Positions 34,163-42,994 of a stretch of DNA of 64,000 bases are shown here, in pieces. Under the pieces are notes generated by a model that made no database searches, was not told the origin of the DNA, and worked only from the letters and a program-made list of their open reading frames with translations. Source of the DNA: Macrostomum lignano (taxonomy: Eukaryota); assembly GCA_002269645.1 (NCBI GenBank), contig NIVC01001371.1, forward strand, positions 62,001 to 126,000, written 5' to 3'. Numbering within the stretch: the first letter of the stretch is position 1; each line of letters starts with the position of its first letter. The position numbers and the translations under genes are program-made.

Positions 34163-35626
34163 GACTGTCTAACTAACTAACTAACGAACTAACTATCTAG
34201 TAAATGCTTAAGACTTTGTTAGACGCACCGAATCAGGCAAATCAAGCGGCAGCAGTCGAGCCTCGTCTGCAAGGCCGTCAGTGCCGGTTGAGCAGCTGCG
34301 GCAGCAGGCCAAGATCAGCTCAGCTACACAGGAGGCACTCTCGGCCGCCAGTGCCCAGTGCAGGGGCGTGCGACCGTGAGAACGGTCGGCCAAGGCTCGG
34401 CCAGCCGGCCTGGTTGCCGGGGCCAGCAGGCGCAAGGAGACCGGGTCTCCGGTGCGGCAGGCCACGTGCAACGGCAGCTGACCAGCCTGGATTGGTGGAG
34501 CGGATGCTGCTAATGCATGCATAGCGGGTATCGCGAAAGGGTAACTTTCTGTGCGCTAACAGGGGGTGAGAATTTTGTCTGTACCCTGTATTTCACCAGT
34601 TCGTTCTTAATGGCTGTCTCATGGGGTCTGCGTGAGATTGTATGGGTGCTGGATGGGTGTCTGATGGGGTCTGCGTGAGATTGTATGGGTGCTGGATGGG
34701 TGTCTGATGGGCTCTGCGGGAGACTGTATGGGTGCTGGATGGGTGTCTGATGGGGTCTGCGTGAGATTGTATGGGTGCTGGATGGGTGTCTGTTGGGCTC
34801 TGCGGGAGACTGTATGGGTGCTGGATGGGTGTCTGATGGGCTCTGCGGGAGACTGTATGGGTGCTGGATGGGTGTCTGATGGGGTCTGCGTGAGATTGTA
34901 TGGGTGCTGGATGGGTGTCTGATGGGGTCTGCGTGAGATTGTATGGGTGCTGGATGGGTGTCTGATGGGGTCTGCGTGAGATTGTATGGGTGCTGGATGG
35001 GTGTCTGATGGGGTCTGCGTGAGATTGTATGGGTGCTGGATGGGTGTCTTATGGGGTCTGCGTGAGATTGTGTGGGTGCTGGATGGGTGTCTTATGGGGT
35101 CTGCTTGAGATTGTATGGGTGCTGGATGGGTGTCTTATGGGCTCCCAATTACGCTCGGACCCTGTTAATTGGACACTCCTCGTTCCTCACAAGTCTTTGC
35201 GTCGATCCTTACCTGATCCACCTGATTGGAAAACTGCTCGTTCCGTTCAATTAGTCTACGGATCACGTGATAGTTCCGCGTGACGACGGCTGCGTGCATC
35301 AGCGGACAGTCGTCGAGGACAGCCGGCGGCGGCGATTGCGACCCCTCCGTCAGGGCTGGCGCGCCGCGGCAGGCGAGTCGCGCCCGTTCGTCCTCGGTCA
35401 GCTCTAGACGAAAGCTGGCGCCGGGCGACAGGAGTTGCTGTCGCTCGAGCTCCTGGAATGCATCGTTGTCTCCGCGAAGAACGCTGCCGATATCCGTTAC
35501 TGAGGATGTTGTTGTTTTTGTTGTTGTTGTTGTTGTTGCCGCGGCCTGGCGAGCGTTACTGCCGGTCAGAGCGGCGCTCTCGTTCAACTCCAGACTGTCG
35601 GTGAGACGAGTCTGAGAAGAATTCAT
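318..35626 (-). CDS. TRPM2-like (TRPM/TRPS superfamily) cation channel: ankyrin repeats + SLOG/MHR1-4 + 6TM + TRP box + coiled coil + NUDT9-H, ~1,900 aa
   Basis: Exons joined by GT-AG with matching phase: 35213-35626, 34229-34486, 33429-33631, 32580-32775, 31515-31686, 31267-31430, 30555-30728, 30363-30408 (tentative), 17287-17957, 14717-14831, 13420-13663, 13078-13306, 12543-12796, 10366-10501, 9278-9721, 7866-8061, 6574-6703, 5615-5805, 4722-5056, 1697-2073, 318-1062. Total 5694 nt, divisible by 3. TRPM motifs: CPCG..H, KAAGGSGAWVVTDG, LDHNHSHFLL, FYFAPVVRF, YIRILQVFSIHVSLGPKVVMI, YFQVFGE, NVLLLNLLIATFS, WTLQRY..REY. Exact orthology not established. Confidence 0.93.
1440..1693. repeat. 48-bp minisatellite (~5 copies) abutting the donor at 1696
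   Basis: Unit ATGTCCGATTTCCCTGGGACAAAGTGTCACTGTACCACTCGGGACGAA. Confidence 0.92.
2234..4662. repeat. 21/23-bp minisatellite (CACTAGAACAGACACAACAGT)n with higher-order duplications
   Basis: Direct reading. The variant pattern near 2274 recurs near 3924. Confidence 0.97.
4722..10501 (-). CDS. TRPM-like gene, transmembrane, pore, TRP-box and coiled-coil exons
   Basis: S1 FIYST|LAYLIFLGIYSYVML; S4 LFIFYIRILQVF; pore TSYFQVFGEL; S6 LTNVLLLNLLIATFS; TRP box HWTLQRYMIMREYTERSPIAPP; heptads RIDNVERRLEELAEMVANL. Confidence 0.93.
5890..6560. repeat. 21-bp G-rich minisatellite (GGGGGGTAGGCTATCCACAAT)n
   Basis: Direct reading. Confidence 0.96.
6840..7690. repeat. 43-bp minisatellite
   Basis: Unit GTCACTAGCATGATTATCTTTGTTTTCTCAGTGTGATGCCCCT. 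Confidence 0.96.
8160..9230. repeat. Degenerate ~16-bp minisatellite (CAATGTGTCTATGACT)n
   Basis: Direct reading. Confidence 0.92.
9800..10165. repeat. Degenerate minisatellite (ACAAGCTCGAAACTTC / AAGACTCACAAGTTTAAAAC)n
   Basis: Direct reading. Confidence 0.88.
10578..12520. repeat. Bipartite 16-bp minisatellite: (CCCAATGTGTCTGCTT)n, then (CCCAATGTGCCTATAT)n
   Basis: Sharp switch of unit at ~11755. Confidence 0.98.
13325..13398. repeat. (AGAGT)n microsatellite filling a short TRPM intron
   Basis: Direct reading. Confidence 0.93.
13659..14500. repeat. 23-bp minisatellite (TTCCACTGTGGGTCATCTGCACC)n overlapping a TRPM 3' splice site
   Basis: On the - strand each unit reads GGTGCAGATGACCCACAG|TGGAA. 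Confidence 0.97.
14935..16958. repeat. 47-bp highly homogeneous minisatellite (~43 copies)
   Basis: Unit GAGTT(T/G)TAGACTTAGAATCTAGAGTGGAAACTGCTGACTAAACCATG, with no spacers. Confidence 0.98.
19445..19645. repeat. 38-bp minisatellite (~5 copies)
   Basis: Unit GTGCTAATCGGGGTGAGCAGCACTAATTTGAGGGAGCT. Confidence 0.92.
20310..20666 (+). mobile_element. SINE family B (~350 bp, tRNA-like head, AATAAAAA tail), copy 1
   Basis: Near-identical copies at 26287, 29981, 57338 and 58945. B-box-like GGCTCGATTCC and an A-rich end. Confidence 0.8.
21300..22391 (+). mobile_element. Two Helitron-like non-autonomous 3' ends downstream of TTGCTGAGA(C/T)GTCAAGGCT minisatellite units
   Basis: Shared tail AAGCTACA(C/T)GTA...TCTTTGTTGG...GCGCTGATTG-CTAG at 21873 and 22391. 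The second copy has a GC hairpin (CCCCC-CAAA-GGGGG) ~10 nt before CTAG. Confidence 0.5.
21305..21735. repeat. 28-bp minisatellite (GGGAATTGCTGAGACGTCAAGGCTTGAG)n
   Basis: Direct reading. Related degenerate units at 19900-20220, 22265-22300 and 39100-40035. Confidence 0.95.
22530..22890. repeat. (CTATGG)-based compound microsatellite
   Basis: Direct reading. Confidence 0.9.
23627..24790 (-). CDS. FkbM-family (Methyltransf_21) SAM-dependent methyltransferase with N-terminal signal anchor, 387 aa, intronless, nested in a TRPM intron
   Basis: Uninterrupted ORF. Hydrophobic anchor KVKLLLLLLGCTAAGLLFAKL; motif I TFLDAGCNIGVYSLLAA; VVSLDAN; FkbM-type VIKLDIEGGE and VQMEF. Confidence 0.9.
   Translation of the reverse strand: MHRQYQKVKLLLLLLGCTAAGLLFAKLQALRDLQEASATQLEGAFAKQAVLTGRSAAVITTEPTVPNLTVPLKTLPPSTVETGCKSFKELRDLDFQQPALRRVLCSGVNAYEKTADRFPLCQLRNPFDERLLGVVRSGSATADLLDASNSKVKIFVYPDRDMISEAIKKNHHWEKDLVHATMKLVQRVPNVTFLDAGCNIGVYSLLAARLGLPVVSLDANIRNLLRLRLSLKASALDAALVWNFIGSGDTLSYLNFPGDCNVGGATKFGRAVTDSIPVMPVRSERLCGLIGTQNVVIKLDIEGGEADFLRTSGCLFSQFTIAAVQMEFLSGHMQGNDRAFIIDFFTSRNYTVWKSVSLKALDARTMKESDVIWIQKKFEYLLPLLKS
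25512..25700 (+). mobile_element. tRNA-derived CORE-type SINE
   Basis: A box TAGCCTAGTGG and B box GGTTCGATTTCC, followed by TGTGTCCTTGAGCAAGACACTTAAC...CTGTAAAATGGG, similar to the MIR/CORE central domain. Confidence 0.8.
26287..26420 (+). mobile_element. SINE family B, internal fragment
   Basis: Shares AGGCACAGTGAAGTGTACATGCCTAACGATAAATAAA...GCCTGCTCAGG with copy 1. Confidence 0.75.
26855..29700. repeat. 18-19-bp minisatellite (GATAGCAAGCATCCCCCCA)n, ~2.8 kb
   Basis: Direct reading. C-run length varies between units. Confidence 0.98.
29981..30354 (-). mobile_element. SINE family B, apparently full-length copy
   Basis: Reverse complement of copy 1, extending to the head GCCGTAGCCCAGTAGTCC. 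Confidence 0.8.
30955..31222. repeat. 16-bp minisatellite (ACCGAATCTCACAG(G/A)G)n
   Basis: Direct reading. Confidence 0.95.
31790..32475. repeat. 20-bp minisatellite (CTCACCTGTTCTCATACTCT)n
   Basis: Direct reading. Confidence 0.95.
32785..33345. repeat. Two blocks (32785-32890, 33135-33345) of a 43-bp minisatellite, inverted relative to 34620-35140
   Basis: CAGACACCCATCCAGCACCCACACAGTCTCACGCAGACCCC units. Confidence 0.92.
33429..35626 (-). CDS. TRPM-like gene, N-terminal exons encoding ~3 ankyrin repeats
   Basis: Spliced translation reads PLMHAAVVTRNYHVIRRLIE...DQ|AGQLPLHVACRTGDPVSLRLL...HGRTPLHWALAAESASCVAELIL...DS|EGKTILNYL, matching the ankyrin G-x-T-P-L-H-x-A consensus. Phases 0/0/2 join it to the MHR1 exon. 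Confidence 0.8.
33690..34195. repeat. (CTAA)n/(CTGA)n tetranucleotide microsatellite
   Basis: Direct reading. Confidence 0.97.
34620..35140. repeat. 43-bp minisatellite (~12 copies)
   Basis: Unit GATGGGGTCTGCGTGAGATTGTATGGGTGCTGGATGGGTGTCT. Confidence 0.96.
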
Positions 35627-38009
35627 CGCCTGTCCGATGTGAAACAAAAATTTTAAGCTCTGTTCATTAGTTTATTAACAGTTAATCACAGCAATACCAC
35701 AGCAACTATTTTCACCCGAGGTTTTGATACCCAACATCTCACCTCAACAACTGTTTACTTCATCAAACGCGCTAATACAGCATCTAAACTTGTCGAGCGA
35801 GTTTGACGAGTACAACGAGATGTTGACACAAATTTAAAAGAGAAGTTTTAAGAGTACATTGGCATCAATTACGATAGGATTTTGTAATCATGATGGACCA
35901 TTTAGAACCTTTAGTACTGTATCAGCGAAATTCATTTGGTTTCGCTCATGTGTAAAGTCAAGAGGGTGAACTTCCCATTGTTCTGCTTTAAAATATGCAT
36001 GCATTCACCCAAAACGTTGGGAAGAACTCACAGATCCGACCCGAATTCTTACGCGTGGTCCTCTCGTCCTCTGTGTCGGCTAAAATTTGGCTGCAAAAGC
36101 TATACCGAAGATGCTACCTGACGCCTTCCGCAGCAATCTATAGCCAACCAGTTGGGTCTCCGGTTAAGATTGACAGATCAGAGTCCAATATTCTCAGTAC
36201 TCAGCTGGATTTGCTCTGTATAAATAGGTATTTTATAGCTGGACCAATCGTTACTGGGTGCAGGTGGTGCGATGTCAGGCTAATTTTCTCTCAAAAGCAT
36301 TAGCAAGCCTAAATGGGAAGCAAATTTATCCATAATGGCGTGAGTACTCGCCCAAAAAATGCCTGTGCCCACAACAAACTGACTGGGGCCGCTTAGCAAC
36401 CAACGCAAGCCAGACACGGATTGAAGCCAGACAGAGCCAGAAAGAGTTTAGGGAGGCTTTGACTGATATTTGCACAGCAAATCAGTTGCCGATTATTAGT
36501 GAACTTTTTGGTCCAATTCAGCTAGCGGAGAAGCTACTCAGTTTTATTGCTTCGGCTGAAATAGCACCGAGCAACTCTGGCTCATTCGACAATTGTGTAC
36601 GAGTAGTCCAATGAGTAAGAGGACAATGTTTATGCGCACAATTTTGGCGATAAAGAGTTGAGGTCATTGTGAGCAGGATGCTATTACGACAACCATTGAT
36701 TGGATTGGGGTCAAGAACCGTTACTATATTTGTTTACGCTGAAAACAATGCATCACACCCTGTGACTGGCGCGAGTGTTCCGGCCATTGTTCAGCAAAGC
36801 TACATGCTGAACAAGTGCATTGCATAACGTTTGTATTTTGCCCAAAAATACAACAAAATACAATGCAAAGATAAGGAGGATTGAATTGGATAGTTAATAA
36901 ATGTAGGAAAGGAGTCACGTGATGAAATTTGTACTTGGGCCAAATTACATTAGGGCAGTTAAGTTAAGCGTAAAATCTCCGGGTTTTATAGCAAATTTAA
37001 ACTTGGGACCAAGTGAACTAACAAAACCGTAGTAGGGACCGCGGCGAAATTAATGCCACGACTGCAAAGTAGAGCGGACGTACTAACAGCCTAATGACGC
37101 GTATTGATTGATTTTTCAACTTGAAGGATTCCCTAGTCTACGGTAAGTGATTTAAGACTTAATGCATTGGCTCCGGCTGTGCAAACTGGAAAGTTTGAAT
37201 GAAAAAAAAAATAATTTCTACAAAAAAATTCAGAGACGAAGTGCTCTCTTCAAGCATTTTGTTTCAGATAGCGAGTGCATTCATTGGCATTTAATAAAAC
37301 CCAACTTGCTTTGCAAAGAACAGATATGAACTAATGGTTATAATACACTTGTTAACAATGATTGTAGCCTCATTGATAGCAATTAATTTCGGGTTAAACG
37401 GGCCTAGAGTGCACTTAGTTCGTCGTACCCAAATGGGACTTGATCTGGTGTCGCATATACTCAGGAAGATGTGAGCTGTACTCCACGAGGTATTCAGCAA
37501 TGTCGCAGTTCCCTGACAAGTGACAAAGTGTCTCTCTGAATAACTCTCTATTGTTTGCAAGTTTCTTTCCTTCAAATACAAAGTACATGAAGTTCTATGC
37601 CTGCAATCATTAATTTTAAAGCTGGTTAGATGATCATAATCAAAACTCAAAATTCTTTTTTTTCCATGTAAACTATACTAAAATGAGTGATTTGTCTGTA
37701 TCTATGCGACTGTATCAATCGATTTTCATGAAACTTGCACCGTTCGATCAGACGTTTTTTCTCGGTAACAGTACATGCGTCATGGCTAACGCGACTTGCT
37801 CTCGCATCACAATGGCTTGGTTGGATTCCATGTGGAGCCACATTAATTTGTGGCTTGTGCAGAAAAATGGCCTTACGGGTCTGTGCGATTCTCGCGCATG
37901 AGGGCCAAACTCCCAAGGTATCCGAGTGCGTGCTCAGGGGTCAGCGGAATGGACGTGACTGCGGGTCGGCTATCGCCTCACTAAAAAACAAACTTGTGAG
38001 CGTGCTGAG

Positions 38010-38630
38010 CGTTGCTGCAAGCGTCGGCCTGGTGCTCTGCGTTGCCGGACGACATCAAGGCTACGATTTTCTGCCGAGGTGCCGATGGGCAGGTGACGAA
38101 GCTTCCGCACTGTCAGCAGTTCGTCCACCTCGGCGGTCTGGTGCCTGACGTTTGCGAGGATCTGCGACGTCGCCGCGGACTTGCCTGGGCTGCCTTCCGT
38201 TCCGTGATGGCTGTCCTGCAGTCCGAGGCCCTTGTTCCAAGCGATGATCGAGACCGTCCTGCTGTACAACGCCGAGACCTGGACGCTGACAGACTCACTC
38301 GAGCAGCAGCAGGTTGATGTGGCTCACACTGGCCTGCTGCGCGCCGCCTTCAAGACCAATGCGGCACTCTAGCTATCGCCGCACCGGACTACCACATCCC
38401 AGCGAACTGTTGCGCCGTCGGCGACTGCAGCTGGCAGGCCAAATCATCCGCGCCGAGTCCTACTATACCCGCAGCTATCAATAGTTTAGGAGGTTCTGTT
38501 GCTGACGCTGCAGGCACCCTACCAGCGGGACAGGCGCGCACTAGGCGTTTCATCGACTGCCTGCTGGCTGATGCCGGCGCTCTGGTGCGGCCCTACATTC
38601 GCGACCAGGCCCTGAAACGCGCCCTGTTGA
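38010..38630 (+). mobile_element. Degenerate 3' fragment of an RTE-type non-LTR retrotransposon
   Basis: Frameshifted translation FVHLGG...LRRRRGLAWAAF...LFQAMIETVLLYNAETWTLT...LLRAAF matches the post-RT region of RTE/L2-like LINEs (YLG..RI..A..AF..VLLYG.ETW.LT). Stops and frameshifts are present. Confidence 0.8.
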
Positions 38631-39099
38631 CGTTTGTTGTCTTTGCCTCTCATGACTTGCTTGACTGGCTGATAGCGTATTTGGTTGCTATGGTTGTGTT
38701 ATTCTCATGGCTGAGAAATTGATCAGTGCTAATGGGATTAAATATTCCAAACAACATACATGCTTTTTGCGAAGATCAAGCAGAATTTTCGACTATGAAT
38801 GATGATTAACCGACTTGATGTAAGAATTGAATTATTATAAATGCTAAAATTCATATATGTTCATGAGAAGCCAGCCTAGATATGTTTTTTTCAACTGAAG
38901 CAGACTTGATGAAATAAGGAATAACAAAATCACTCAGGAGCAGTCAAAACCGCCACCCGAGAGAATTGGCAATCGATTTCAGCTCACTACACTGCAATGA
39001 CGCCAAGGTTTTCCAATTCTCGTTCAGGCGCACTGGGTCTGGGGTGGCGGTTTCGACTATTGCTGAGTGTGGATAAAGGAATCGTCATGCCAACCATAA

Positions 39100-40197
39100 A
39101 AGACTCATTAGGGAAGTGCTAAGATTTCGAGACTCATGGGGGAAATTGATGGAATTCTGTGGCTCAACGCTCATTGGGGGAACTGCTAAGATTTCATGGC
39201 TCATGGAGGGAATTTCTGAGTTGCCAAGACTCCAGGGGGGAGGTGGGAATTGCTGAAATTCCAAGGCTCATGGAATGAAATGCTGAAATTTTGTGGTCCA
39301 AGGGTCATGAGGAATTGCTACGATGCCAAATCTTATGAGAAATTGCTGAGATGCCAAGGCTCATGTGCGGATATACTGAGATTTTCAAGTTTCATGGTTG
39401 AATTGCTAAGATGTCAAGTCTCATAGGAAGGGGGTTGCTGAGATGTCAAGTCTCATAGGAAGGGGGTTGCTGAGATGTCAAGTCTCATAGGAAGGGGGTT
39501 GCTGAGATGTCAAGTCTCATAGGAAGGGGGTTGCTGAGATTTCAAGTCTCATAGGAAGGGGGTTGCTGAGATGTCAAGGCTCATGGGAAGGGGGTTGCTG
39601 AGATGCCAAGGCTCATGTGCGGATTTACTGAGATTTTCAAGTTTCATGGTTGAATTGCTAAGATGTCAAGTCTCATACTCGTAGGAAGGGGGTTGCTGAG
39701 ATGTCAAGTCTCATAGGAAGGGGGTTGCTGAGATGTCAAGTCTCATAGGAAGGGGGTTGCTGAGATGTCAAGGCTTGTGGGGGAGTTGCTGAAATATCAA
39801 GGCTTGTGGGGGAGTTGCTGAGATGCCAAGGCTTGTGGGGGAGTTGCTGAGATGTCAAGGCTTGTGGGGGAGTTGCTGAGATGCCAAGGCTTGTGGGGGA
39901 GTTGCTGAGATGTCAAGGCTTGTGGGGGAGTTGCTGAAATGTCAAGGCTTGTGGGGGAGTTGCTGAGATGTCAAGGCCTGTGGGGGAGTTGCTGAAATGT
40001 CAAGGCTCATGGAGGGGGGGGGGTTGCTGAGATGAGCTGAGATAGCTGGCTTACAGGGCGGATGCTTTTTTTGCTTTAAACATCATTTTCCTTGGGAAAC
40101 TAAAATAGTATACTGTACAAGGTCAAAACCTACATGTAGTTTATTAAAAAATGTTTGTTATTTTTGTTGCCTCCCCAACGGGGGTGTAGATTTCTTG
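39100..40197 (+). mobile_element. Degenerate TTGCTGAGATGTCAAG minisatellite with the same Helitron-like tail
   Basis: Array of ~26-31-bp units, then CCTACATGTAGTTTATT...TGTTGCCTCCCCAACGGGGG...CTTG|T. Confidence 0.5.
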
Positions 40198-40807
40198 TTA
40201 TTGGCTAAAATGTCAAAACATCCATGTAAATTAGATACACGAATACAGCAAGACTTGCATAGCAAAATGTTCCGTTCATACTGCTTTCAGTAGTCAATTC
40301 AGAAAGTAACCAATTCTCTCCAGCAAATAAGTTATTATTAGCATATCGGGTTATGGAAACTTGCACAGAAAAAATGCAATAAATACTAATTAAACGTTAA
40401 TGAAGAAGATTTCGACAACATTGGGATGCTGGGGAAGAAAGTTAGCGGATCATTTGTTTTCGAATCACGGAATAGCGTCATTACTGAATAGTCAACATAT
40501 TCAACGGATTTGTTTATCATGCAGTTGGAATCAGTTTTAAAATGTAAAACAATAACACTTAGAGACTATCAAATGGCAGTATGAGTCCACTTACGAGCTG
40601 GAGAACAATTAAAAGCATATGAGAACTCGAATACATGTATTATATCCATCATGATTTAAATAGACTGACCCGTCACCCATTACACTATTGATGGCTATTA
40701 CGAGTAAAATGATGAAGCTTTAATTTGAATGACATCAAATGACATCAAATGACAGTTTTTGACATTGATTAAAGGTTTTTATAGCCACTATCCAGCTAGA
40801 AGTTTTA

Positions 40808-42994
40808 TTAATCGAGCTTCCTGGTTGCTAGGGCGGCATACTTTCTGTGCGATTTGTACCACAGAGCCATGGGAATAGCGATCGAAGGCAGCGACATCAG
40901 GCCGAATGTCAGCCATTCGGTCTGAAATAAAAAAACCATTTATTAATAAATATAAAATGTTGATTAAAGCTTCTTTATTGAAGTCTGAAGCGATTCTCCC
41001 TTGCTCCACGGCATGGAAATAGCGAAAATTCAGTAAGCTTCGCATGATTCAGCAATTTCCACTGTGCACAGCTAACGCTTGAACTGAAAGCTGTGGGGTT
41101 TGAGGGCTCGGGGGGGGGGGTTGAAAATGTACACTCGCGGCAATGTACCTAGATAGAATTCTCTCATGGGGTGTGGGGTGTGAGTGTACATTGTTGGCAC
41201 GTGGCGGCATGCGTCCGCTACTTCGCTAGCTCACTTTTTTTGTCCTGTCCAGTTTAACAATAAGTGAGAGATCTGAGGATTTTCTTTACGCTGTATTGCC
41301 TCTTCCCTAATTCAGCTACGAGACCAAGCAAGGCTTATCTTGAGTTGGTGCGTACAGACATTGCTGTGGGAAACAATATTAAGCATTGTAAAAATGTAAC
41401 AACTGCATAATTCTTGGCTTGGCGTTGACCATATGTACCTTTAGGCATTATGAGCAGGGGCGTCACCATAGATTTTATGGTGGCGGTAACAAAGCCAATA
41501 TTCCAAGAATTCTACATGACCTAAATTCCTATATTTTTTGGGAATCGATGTTGTTAGCACTAATTTTGGCGCCGCAGACACTCATTTTGGCGCCATAGAC
41601 AGTCACTTGGCGCTACAGACAGGCACTCATTCTGACCCCAAAGGCGCTTATATTTTGGCGACCTGAAGCAGAACTATTGATTTCCATAAGGGTTACAAGG
41701 TGGGGTGGTGGGAGTGGGGACAAAGCATTAGCATGTATCCCCATAGCTTTTGATTGGAGGCATGTCCCCCTGTCCCACTATAGTTGTGACGCCTCTGATT
41801 ACGAGTAAGACACCTTAAAGCCTACAAATATGGGCATTAAAAGTAAAAAACAAAATTTTGAATCGATTGAAATGGGCTGTCATTAATGTGTGGTGTTGAG
41901 TGTGAGATTGAGATTAGAGTGTGTTGTCATTAATTTCGAAGAAAACCTTGGTTGAACTAGATGGGTCATTTGCACTATCTGTGTTGTATAGGCATCATAC
42001 ATATATTTTGCTAACTTGCTAACTAACAATCCGCGGGACATCCAGGTTCAGACCAATCCTAGAACTGATTTTAACTAGACAATAGATTTTAGTATAGTGG
42101 ATTCTCTAGGCCAAGCAGACTAAACGACAGATCCAGAATTTTTCCCCGAGGTGGTCACTCGACCCTTTTTGACCCCCCGTCCATAAAAACAGACAGCGAT
42201 AAAGACATGCATGCTCAGACGACTTAAAGAGAAAAATTATTAAAAGACTAGTGATAGATTTTTACAGCTATGAGGAAGTCACAATCCTGATTTTCTGGAG
42301 GGTCTTTTACTGACTTGATCTGTTATTGGTCAATGAGACGCAGAAGTCTCACTCACTGAGATTGGAGCCCCCCTATACATCATGACACTGAACTCACGGC
42401 ATGAGCGGAAAACTGTCGATCGTAAGCGGCTGTATCATAAATAACCACTTCTCCAAAGCCGCTAGTCTGACCAACTGTGAAGCCGCGAGAGTCCTCGCTG
42501 GCTCTGTAGCGAACAGTAGCCTGGCTAACATTGAACATGACACTTTGCAGCGGCGTCAGCACCACCGAGTGACTGACATTGGCGCCTGCCGGCAGACTGG
42601 CCCAACGGGCGCGCAGCAAGCCGGCCTTCAATTCGAAATAGTCGCTAGGGAAGCCCTCCTCTTCCAGCTGAAGATTCCGAGCAGCCCTGTATTCGCCAAG
42701 TAGGCATTGCTTTAAAGTATTAAAAATACAAATCTAGAATAACAATAAATGCAAATATCCAGCTACTAAGATCTGCATGCATGCACTCTGTTAAAAACAA
42801 TTTGAATGGAAGATTGACGAAACTTACTTTGAACCAACATTGTACAAATCGTATTGGACTGTAATGTCTTTTCCCTTGACAACTAAGTTGTTGAGAATTG
42901 TTTTGAGAGCCACAATTTGAGCCCTTTCTTCCGTGTCAGCCATGCAGGACATGACCATCATCAGCAGAACTAGAGCAGAACTGATTTTACACAT
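40808..42994 (-). CDS. SSR2: Translocon-associated protein subunit beta (TRAP-beta), 189 aa, 3 exons
   Basis: Exons 42828-42994, 42398-42686, 40808-40921 (570 nt). Signal peptide, then LKTILNNLVVKGKDITVQYDLYNVGSK, ANVSHSVVL.PL, YDRQFSAH, EWLTFGLMSLPSIAIPMALWYKSHRKY, collinear with human SSR2. Confidence 0.96.
41455..41797. mobile_element. hAT-type MITE (343 bp) in SSR2 intron 2
   Basis: TIRs CAGGGGCGTCAC / GTGACGCCTCTG. 8-bp target duplication ATTATGAG / ATTACGAG (7 of 8 identical), the hAT hallmark. Confidence 0.85.

Noticed and set aside
37291-37916. Short AT-rich ORFs upstream of the TRPM start
   Set aside because: No recognisable motifs, and composition unlike the real exons.
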